Of a stretch of DNA of 32,000 nt, positions 14,247 to 21,122 are shown piece after piece. The translations under genes and the position numbers were made by a program. Positions within the stretch are counted from its first letter, which is position 1. Every line of letters starts with the position of its first letter. The stretch comes from Candidatus Pacearchaeota archaeon (GTDB lineage: Archaea; Nanobdellota; Nanobdellia; Pacearchaeales; UBA284). The notes under the pieces were generated by a model. That model had not been told where the DNA came from, searched no databases, and worked only from the letters and a program-made list of their open reading frames with translations. The stretch lies in the NCBI GenBank assembly GCA_026016245.1, contig CP061211.1, forward strand, positions 30,001 to 62,000, read 5' to 3'.

Positions 14247-15959
14247 ATGAAAGTTTTTGAAGAGAAAATAAAAGGGGCAATAGCAAAAGTTACAAAACTA
14301 AAAAAGAAAGAGATAACTTTGAGAGAACCTTTTGGTACTGCTACTAAATTCGGGGATATTACCTTTCCTTGTTTTGATTTGGCAAAGAAAAAGAAAAAGA
14401 AAAAAAATCCTAAAGAAATAGCAAAAGAAATAGCCAACAAACTGAAAAAGAAACTACCTAATGAGATAGACAAGGTTGAGGCAGTTGGTGGATATATCAA
14501 TTTTTTTATTAGCAAAGATTCTTTTACAAAAAACACAATAGAAAAAATATTGAAAGAAAAAAATAAATATGGTTGTCTTGGACTAAAAGGCAAGGCATTA
14601 ATAGAGCATACAAGTATAAATCCTAATGCAAGCCCTCATGTCGGTAGAGTTAGAAATGCAATAATTGGGGACATTTTATCTAGATTATTAAAATTTCATG
14701 GTTATAAAACAGATATACATTATTATGTTAATGATGTGAGCAAGCAAATGGCCTTACTTATTCTTGGTTCTAAAGGGGATGAGAGTTTTGATGATCTTCT
14801 AAACTTATATGTGTTTATGTCAGATGAAATGAAGAAAAAACCTGAGATAGAAAAAAAGGTTTTTGAAATACTAAGGAAGGTTGAGGATAAGGATAAGGAA
14901 ATAATAGGAAAATTGAACAAGCTTGTAAGGACAGCTATTGAAGGACAGAGTGAAATTTTGAATAAGTTAGGAATTTTTTATGATTCTTTTGATTATGAAT
15001 CTGTTTATTTAGAAAAAGGAAAATTAAAGAAGATTTTAGAGCAGTTAAAGAAGACTAAAAGACTAAAGAAGGATGTTCAGGATAGATATATTCTTGATCA
15101 AAGTGATATGAAGTGGGAATTTGAAAAAGAAATGAAATCTCCAGTATTGGTTTTAACAAGAAGTAATGGTACAGGTCTTTATCCTTTACGTGATATTGCT
15201 TATACAATAGATAAATTGAAGAGTGCGCCTGTGAATATAATTGTTCTAGGAGAAGACCAGAAACTTTATTTCAAACAATTAAGCGCAACACTCGAGCTTT
15301 TAGGTTATAGAGCTCCTAGGGTTGTTCATTATTCTTTTATCTTGCTTAAAACAAAGAAAGGAGCTAAGAAAATGTCTACAAGAAGAGGGGAGGTTATCTT
15401 GTTGAGTGATTTTATCAAGGAAGCAATAAGAAAAGCAAGACAAGAAATTAAAAAAAGAGGCAGGGAAAAAAATGTTGACATAGATACAGTCTCTGAAGCT
15501 ATTGGTATTGGAGCTGTTCGTTATACAATAGCAAAAGTTGAGATGAATAAAGACATAACATTTAACTGGGAAGAAGCTTTGAATTTTGAAGGCAATACTT
15601 CTCCTTACCTACAATACACACATGCAAGGGCTTCTAGTATAATAAAAAAGTTGGGAAAAGAAAAACTAGCAAATCCCTTATTCAACAAAGTTCATGAAAA
15701 AGAGTATGCCTTGGCAAAAGAACTTGGAAAATTCCCAAAAATTGTGTCAGATGCTTTAGAAGGATTAAAACCACATTTGTTATGCAATTATACTTATACT
15801 CTAGCCCATACTTTCAATGATTTCTATGAAAACTGTCCAGTGATTCAAACAGAAGATAAAGAAATCAAGGCAAGAAGGGTGATGTTAGTTCAGACCACAA
15901 TTATTGTTCTTAAGATTGTGCTTAATTTATTAGGGTTACCTGCTCTTGAAGCGATGTAA
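14247..15959 (+). CDS. argS: Arginine--tRNA ligase
   Basis: N-terminal Arg-tRNA-synthetase add-on domain (LAKKKKKKKNPKEIAKEIANKL). HTSINPNASPHVGRVRNAIIGD is the HIGH-region variant. MSTRRGE is the ArgRS equivalent of KMSKS. C-terminal anticodon-binding domain (YLQYTHARASSI ... LGLPALEAM, ending in Met as is typical). Confidence 0.93.
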   Translation: MKVFEEKIKGAIAKVTKLKKKEITLREPFGTATKFGDITFPCFDLAKKKKKKKNPKEIAKEIANKLKKKLPNEIDKVEAVGGYINFFISKDSFTKNTIEKILKEKNKYGCLGLKGKALIEHTSINPNASPHVGRVRNAIIGDILSRLLKFHGYKTDIHYYVNDVSKQMALLILGSKGDESFDDLLNLYVFMSDEMKKKPEIEKKVFEILRKVEDKDKEIIGKLNKLVRTAIEGQSEILNKLGIFYDSFDYESVYLEKGKLKKILEQLKKTKRLKKDVQDRYILDQSDMKWEFEKEMKSPVLVLTRSNGTGLYPLRDIAYTIDKLKSAPVNIIVLGEDQKLYFKQLSATLELLGYRAPRVVHYSFILLKTKKGAKKMSTRRGEVILLSDFIKEAIRKARQEIKKRGREKNVDIDTVSEAIGIGAVRYTIAKVEMNKDITFNWEEALNFEGNTSPYLQYTHARASSIIKKLGKEKLANPLFNKVHEKEYALAKELGKFPKIVSDALEGLKPHLLCNYTYTLAHTFNDFYENCPVIQTEDKEIKARRVMLVQTTIIVLKIVLNLLGLPALEAM

Positions 15960-15961
15960 GA

Positions 15962-15968
15962 TTTTTTT
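15962..15968 (+). terminator. Oligo-T archaeal-type terminator after argS
   Basis: A T7 run begins 3 nt after the argS TAA stop. Confidence 0.45.
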
Positions 15969-16081
15969 CAATGTATTATCTTTAATTTATTTAATTCTTC
16001 TTTTTGGGATATATATCCTACAACATATTCTTTTAAATGCTTTAAAATTTAAAAAGATTTAATCTAAATTAAAGTAGGGGA

Positions 16082-17455
16082 GTGTTTAAAAAAATGAATC
16101 TTGGAAATTATGAGGCAGATAGGATAGGATATCTGAACAAATGCCACGAAACTGCCAAAATGTTATCTTACAGAGATTTAAGATTCTCCGCAGAAAGATT
16201 GGATATAAGGGATTTTGCTACCAGAGCAGGATCAATTCTTGAAGAAAGGAAAAAGTTAGAAGATTTAGTTAAAGAATTTCCAGAATTAGGGTGTTCTGTA
16301 AATGATCTTTTGGCGGAGGCAGAAAAGATGTGTATGGAAAAAAATAATTATATTAATCATGCTCCTTTTGAGTATTCTATACTTATGGAGGTAAAGGAGG
16401 AAAATGGAGACTCTTTAATTGAAGTTACACTTCCTATTTTTCTGAAAAGTAAAAAAAGAATGTTGCAAAAAAAATTAAATAGGGCCTTGCTTGGTGTTTT
16501 AGCTAAGAAAGATACTAATGATATAATCTCTGGAGATAATAAAAATCAATTTGTGAGTTATATTGTAAAATCTAAATCAAATTTAGTCTATGGGAGAGCT
16601 TTAGAAATTGCAGAGGAGTTAAAACAAAGACTAGATAGGCATCTTAAAAAAGAAAACCTGATATTAGAAAATATTTATTTTTTAAATAATGATTCAATTT
16701 CTAATTCAAAAAAGACGGGTGCTCTAGAAGAGAGAATACAAAAAACAGAAAGGGGAGTTGAGCAGGATTCTAGAGAGGAGACAGATGTCATAAAAATCAG
16801 GGGAGGTATGACTCAAAAAGAAATAAGTAGTATCTTAGGCATTAGCCAGTCTCTTTTGAGTAAGGTGACTAAAGAAAAATTCAAATCTCATTTAGTTAAG
16901 GGGCAAGGATATTCAAAAAAAATGTTGGATTATATTATAAAAAAAGCACAAGCTGGGATTTTTACAGAGGTTGAGGCAATGCAGAGAGTTGGTGACAATT
17001 TTGGAGAAATTAAAAGACAATTGAAAAAAGTAACTTATGACGGGACTTTATTTTATATTAAAAAAAGTTTAAGAAAAATTAAACTCAAGTCTGAACATAA
17101 AAAAATAAAACCTAAAGATGGAGATATTATTATTGAATCTGAAATTTCTAAAAAAGAATTCTTATCCCTTTTAGGATACAACCTAAATTATTTAAGTATT
17201 TTAAGAACAAAAAATAAAAAATATATGGAAAATATCCCTGCGTATGAAAAGAATCTTAAGGGTGCAACATTAACCTTTCTAATAACCCATGAACTTTTTG
17301 GAGTTCTAACTGAACATGATGCAATAGAAAAACTTGATGAGGATTTTGAAGAGTTTAAAGATAAGTTTGGGGGCTTAGTCTATAAAGGGCAAAAATATTA
17401 CATCAAAAAGAAAATCCGCCAATTTAAAAAATTAAAAAGAAAATTTAAAAAGTAG
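16082..17455 (+). CDS. Lysine-rich orphan protein with an internally duplicated HTH-containing module (putative nucleic-acid-binding protein)
   Basis: HTH-like MTQKEISSILGISQSLLSKV and its duplicate ISKKEFLSLLGYNLNYLSILR. Each is followed by TE.EA...(V/L).(D/E).F.E.K....(V/L).Y.G..(F/Y)YIKK..R..K.LK. The start may instead be ATG 16094 (MNLGNYE), since 16082 is GTG. Confidence 0.65.
   Translation: MFKKMNLGNYEADRIGYLNKCHETAKMLSYRDLRFSAERLDIRDFATRAGSILEERKKLEDLVKEFPELGCSVNDLLAEAEKMCMEKNNYINHAPFEYSILMEVKEENGDSLIEVTLPIFLKSKKRMLQKKLNRALLGVLAKKDTNDIISGDNKNQFVSYIVKSKSNLVYGRALEIAEELKQRLDRHLKKENLILENIYFLNNDSISNSKKTGALEERIQKTERGVEQDSREETDVIKIRGGMTQKEISSILGISQSLLSKVTKEKFKSHLVKGQGYSKKMLDYIIKKAQAGIFTEVEAMQRVGDNFGEIKRQLKKVTYDGTLFYIKKSLRKIKLKSEHKKIKPKDGDIIIESEISKKEFLSLLGYNLNYLSILRTKNKKYMENIPAYEKNLKGATLTFLITHELFGVLTEHDAIEKLDEDFEEFKDKFGGLVYKGQKYYIKKKIRQFKKLKRKFKK
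16790..17437 (+). repeat. Two ~100-aa tandem copies of an HTH + basic-tail module within the 16082-17455 CDS
   Basis: Copy A is aa ~237-336 and copy B aa ~349-452. Aligned ends: EVEAMQRVGDNFGEIKRQLKKVTYDGTLFYIKKSLRKIKLK versus EHDAIEKLDEDFEEFKDKFGGLVYKGQKYYIKKKIRQFKKLK. Confidence 0.7.
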
Positions 17456-17473
17456 TCTTTTCTCTTATTTAAA

Positions 17474-18742
17474 ATGAACATCTATATTGAAACTTATGGA
17501 TGTAGTGCAAATCAGAGCGATGGAGAGATTATGAAAGGGCTGTTAAGCAGAAGTTTTTCTATTACTGAAAATGAGAAGTTAGCTAATATAATTATTCTGA
17601 ATACATGTATTGTTAAAGGTCCTACATTAAAGAGAATGGAATCAAGAATCAAACATTTTTCTAGGAAAAGATTGATTGTTAGTGGATGTATGCCTGAAGT
17701 TTTGTCTGAAAGAATAAGGAAACTTGCTCCTAAAGCAAGCATGATTAGTACACATCATGTCAAACAGATTGTTAAAGTTGTTAAGAATATTATTGAGGAT
17801 AAGAAAGTTGAATTAATTGGTAAAAAGAAAGAAGTAAAGTTGTGTATGCCCAAAATTCCAAAGAATAAAATTATAGGAATTACTCAATTAAGCAATGGTT
17901 GTCTAGGAAATTGTGCTTATTGCATTGTAAAAAATGTTAAAGGAAATTTGTTTTCATATCCTCAAGATAAGATTTTGAAAGATATTAAGCAGAATTTAAG
18001 AGCTGGATGCAAGGAAATATGGTTAACAAGCCAGGATAATGCTGCTTATGGTTTAGATAATGGAAAAAATGAACTTCCTATATTATTGAAGAAAATATTA
18101 TTTCTAAAGAATAGGTTTTTTATTCGTTTGGGTATGATGAATCCTTCTACTTTATTGCCTGTAGTTAATGAAATTATTGATTGTTATAAAAATAAGAAGA
18201 TGTTTAAGTTTTTACATCTGCCTGTTCAGAGTGGAAGTGATAAAATTTTGAAATTAATGAATAGAGGCTATAGAGTTAAAGATTTTATTAAGATTGTTGA
18301 AAAATTTAAGAGAGAGATTCCTGACCTGACTTTGAGCACAGATATTATTGTTGGTTTTCCTTCTGAGAGTAAAGAGGATTTTGAAAAAACCTTGGCTTTA
18401 GTGAAAAAAATTAAGCCAGATATAATTAATATTAGTAAGTATTGGCCAATGCCTAGAACTTCTGCTTCTGAGATGAAACAGTTGGATGAGAAGGAGAAAA
18501 AGAAAAGGGCTTTTAGATTAATGAAATTGCATCAGAAAATTGCTCTTGAGAAAAATGAGAAGCTTGTTGGAAAGAGAATCAGGATTTTTGTTGATGCTAA
18601 GGGTTTTGATGATACTTGGCTTGCTAGAACAATGAATTATAAGGTTGTAGTGTTAAAGGGAAAAAAATTACTTGGCAGAGTTGTGGATATTGAAATTAGA
18701 AAAGTAACTAGCCATTATCTTATGGGGGTTTTGTTAGAGTAA
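17474..18742 (+). CDS. Archaeal-type MiaB-like radical-SAM methylthiotransferase (MtaB/CDKAL1-like tRNA t6A methylthiotransferase)
   Basis: N-terminal UPF0004 domain IYIETYGCSANQSDGEIMKGLL. Radical-SAM CxxxCxxC (GCLGNCAYCIV). C-terminal TRAM-like domain (GKRIRIFVD...VVDIEIRKVTSHYLMG). Confidence 0.85.
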   Translation: MNIYIETYGCSANQSDGEIMKGLLSRSFSITENEKLANIIILNTCIVKGPTLKRMESRIKHFSRKRLIVSGCMPEVLSERIRKLAPKASMISTHHVKQIVKVVKNIIEDKKVELIGKKKEVKLCMPKIPKNKIIGITQLSNGCLGNCAYCIVKNVKGNLFSYPQDKILKDIKQNLRAGCKEIWLTSQDNAAYGLDNGKNELPILLKKILFLKNRFFIRLGMMNPSTLLPVVNEIIDCYKNKKMFKFLHLPVQSGSDKILKLMNRGYRVKDFIKIVEKFKREIPDLTLSTDIIVGFPSESKEDFEKTLALVKKIKPDIINISKYWPMPRTSASEMKQLDEKEKKKRAFRLMKLHQKIALEKNEKLVGKRIRIFVDAKGFDDTWLARTMNYKVVVLKGKKLLGRVVDIEIRKVTSHYLMGVLLE

Positions 18743-18752
18743 TTTAGTAATA

Positions 18753-18760
18753 TTTATAAA
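18753..18760 (+). promoter_or_regulatory. TATA box (TTTATAAA) for the GNAT/methyltransferase pair
   Basis: It starts 29 nt upstream of ATG 18782, and no SD is present. Confidence 0.5.
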
Positions 18761-18781
18761 TTTCTTAAGCCTTTTTATTTT

Positions 18782-19429
18782 ATGATAATACAACTTCATA
18801 AAGAAGATTTAAAAAGCGTTATGAAATTAGAAAGAAATTCTTGGATTCCTTTTCTACAAGCAGATGAAAAGACTATTCTAAAAAGATTTGATTTAGGGCA
18901 TATTATGCTTGGAGCACAAGAAGATAGTGATTTGGTTGGAATGATATCTTTTTCATATTCTAATTTTTCTCCAGATGATTATCCAAGTTTTCCAAAAACA
19001 TTTAGAGAATTTTCATCACAACCGATTTTAAAAAATTATAATACAGCATTTTGCTATAACTTAGCAATACTTCCTGACAAGAGGGGATATAGGTATGCCT
19101 CCTTACTAATAAGAGCTGGATGGGACAAAGCAAAAAAGGATGGGTGTATGTATGGTGTAGCAGATGGTAGATGTTCTTCATATAATGGAAGCTCTGAATT
19201 TGAGCAAGAACAGATTAAACAGAATACTGAATTTAAAAAAATAATTGATAGGTACTTAAAAGAAGGAATATTTCCTCAACAGAAAGAATTTTTGAAAGAC
19301 CCTACACTTGCGTTTTATCATAGGGTGACAGGTTGTAAATTCTTATGGTTAATCCCTAACTTTTTGCCAGAAGACAAACCTGCGGGAGGATTAAGGGTAA
19401 TATCCTATAAAAATATTTTAGAAAAATAA
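18782..19429 (+). CDS. Probable GNAT-family N-acetyltransferase
   Basis: AFCYNLAILPDKRGYRYASLLIRAGWDKAKKDG resembles GNAT motif A (beta4-R/Q-x-x-G-x-A/G-helix). TTTATAAA at 18753-18760, 29 nt upstream of the ATG, implies a leaderless mRNA. Confidence 0.5.
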   Translation: MIIQLHKEDLKSVMKLERNSWIPFLQADEKTILKRFDLGHIMLGAQEDSDLVGMISFSYSNFSPDDYPSFPKTFREFSSQPILKNYNTAFCYNLAILPDKRGYRYASLLIRAGWDKAKKDGCMYGVADGRCSSYNGSSEFEQEQIKQNTEFKKIIDRYLKEGIFPQQKEFLKDPTLAFYHRVTGCKFLWLIPNFLPEDKPAGGLRVISYKNILEK

Positions 19430-19430
19430 A

Positions 19431-20156
19431 ATGATTTCATTATCTAGAGAATGGATTTCTGTATCTAAAGCAATATATGGTCAAGAATTTATAGATGAAT
19501 TAGCTGAATTTTTAAGACAACAAAAGGTTAAAATAATTCTTGAATGTGGTTGTGGTGGTGGGCATATTCTACATGGTCTTGTAAACAAAGGATTTTATGG
19601 TTTAGGAATTGATTCAAATAAGGAAATGATTAATCATGCATTAAGAAATTATAAGAATCTAAATATAAAATATAAACAAATGAATTGGTTAAATATAGAT
19701 GAATTAAAAGAAAATTTTGATGCAGTTATATGTCGAGGGAATAGCCTGGTTTTTGTGACTAGCTGGGAAAAGAAAAAACAAGATTTTGATCCAAACGTTG
19801 CAAAAGATTGTCTAGTTAAAAGTATAAATAAATTTTTTGAAAAAATTAGAGATGGTGGTTTACTCTATGTGGATACAATTTCTCAAATAGAAATCAATAA
19901 TAATGGTGGGCCAATTGAATTTAAAACAGAAAAAATACAATTAAAAGGAAAAATAGAATACGATTGGAAGAGGAGAATAAGATATATTTATGGTGGTGGT
20001 AAAGTAAATGGGAAAGAATTTTATGGAAGTTCAACTAGTTATTTGATAACACCGAAAGAACTAGAGGATATCATTAAGACTTTTAATCCCTCCGCTATTT
20101 GGACGCCAGAACTAGTGCATGAAAAAGATTATCATGTAATTTGTGCAAGAAAATAA
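19431..20156 (+). CDS. Class I SAM-dependent methyltransferase
   Basis: Motif I KIILECGCGGGHILHGLV, then an acidic post-I loop GLGIDSNKEMI and DAVICRGNSL (motif II/III region). The start is 1 nt after the upstream stop. Confidence 0.8.
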   Translation: MISLSREWISVSKAIYGQEFIDELAEFLRQQKVKIILECGCGGGHILHGLVNKGFYGLGIDSNKEMINHALRNYKNLNIKYKQMNWLNIDELKENFDAVICRGNSLVFVTSWEKKKQDFDPNVAKDCLVKSINKFFEKIRDGGLLYVDTISQIEINNNGGPIEFKTEKIQLKGKIEYDWKRRIRYIYGGGKVNGKEFYGSSTSYLITPKELEDIIKTFNPSAIWTPELVHEKDYHVICARK

Positions 20157-20165
20157 TAATAAAAT

Positions 20166-20212
20166 AAAAAAATAGGAAAAGGAAAAATCCTCTTTCTTCT
20201 ACCTCTTTTTTT
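20166..20212. terminator. Convergent terminator region between the methyltransferase (+) and TrmB-family (-) genes
   Basis: T7 run at 20206-20212 for the plus-strand gene. A7 (20166-20172) and A5 (20183-20187) runs read as oligo-T on the minus strand. Confidence 0.4.
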
Positions 20213-20229
20213 GTTCTCAAGCAGCCTGT

Positions 20230-21048
20230 TTATCTTATTTTTATCTTACTTAGTGGTTTCATTGTTGCCCAACTTGTCTGGAAGATCTGTCCTAGTGCGT
20301 TGGTAAAGAAAGGACTGTTAATCCATATTCCAACATCATAATTTGGATGCACTTCCTCATCATCTAGGATCATAAACATCATCTCTTTGTTGTCCATAAA
20401 TGCAAATCTTGCTTTGAACTTGCCATTTTTGATCTCTGCCACTTTGCTTAGGTCTTTGGCGACTTTGTAGTTCTTTGGGGTTATTGGTGCAGCTATCTGA
20501 ATTTTTACACCTTTTTTCTTCGCTTTTTCCATTGCTGTCTTTAATGATTCAAATTTTCTGTTTAAGCCATCTGCACTTGTCACGATTGTTACATTCTTGC
20601 TGGCATTCCTAATCATCATATCAAGATGATTGTAGATGTTATGCCTTCCTCTTATTGCTCCACTTAAGTCTGTAGGTTCAATGTATTTTATTCCGTTTGT
20701 GTAAAGATTACCTAGTTCAGAAAGAACATCGCTTTCTTTTAACTCATCCAATCTTTTTGATGTTGACTGTGCATTCCTCATAACATTCCTCTTAACTCTC
20801 TCCACTACTTCAGTTGGTTTTAGAGCCACGAACTTAATTGGTTTTCCTAGTTTTAGTACAACAAAACCTTTTTTTTCTAAAGATTCAAGAATGTCATATG
20901 TTCTACTTCTTGGAACACTGCTTATATCACTCAACTCACCTGCTGTGCTTACCCCTCTTGATAACAATGCAGTCCATACTTTTACTTCATAGAGATTCAA
21001 ACCAAAAATCTTCCTAAGTCTGCTTAAAAACTCGTCCTTAACAATCAT
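20230..21048 (-). CDS. TrmB-family transcriptional regulator
   Basis: N-terminal winged HTH LYEVKVWTALLSRGVSTAGELSDISSVPRSRTYDILESLEKKGFV is the characteristic TrmB domain. It has a C-terminal TrmB-type effector-like domain. Confidence 0.85.
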   Translation of the reverse strand: MIVKDEFLSRLRKIFGLNLYEVKVWTALLSRGVSTAGELSDISSVPRSRTYDILESLEKKGFVVLKLGKPIKFVALKPTEVVERVKRNVMRNAQSTSKRLDELKESDVLSELGNLYTNGIKYIEPTDLSGAIRGRHNIYNHLDMMIRNASKNVTIVTSADGLNRKFESLKTAMEKAKKKGVKIQIAAPITPKNYKVAKDLSKVAEIKNGKFKARFAFMDNKEMMFMILDDEEVHPNYDVGIWINSPFFTNALGQIFQTSWATMKPLSKIKIR

Positions 21049-21122
21049 TTTATTTACTTATGTATAGTAAACTTATTGTTCTTAATATAAAGTAGTATTT
21101 AAAGTTTTCTGTGTTAATTCAC

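Noticed and set aside
14383-14410. A-rich run (aaagaaaaagaaaaagaaaaaaaat) in argS as a possible slippery frameshift or phase-variation site
   Set aside because: The reading frame is intact through it (KKKKKKKNPKE). It also aligns with the normally Lys-rich LAKxLKKnP segment of ArgRS N-terminal domains.
14240-14593. 117-aa minus-strand ORF overlapping the argS 5' end
   Set aside because: It is a Phe/Ser-rich mirror of the Lys-rich ArgRS N-terminus, and the argS frame carries the recognisable motifs.
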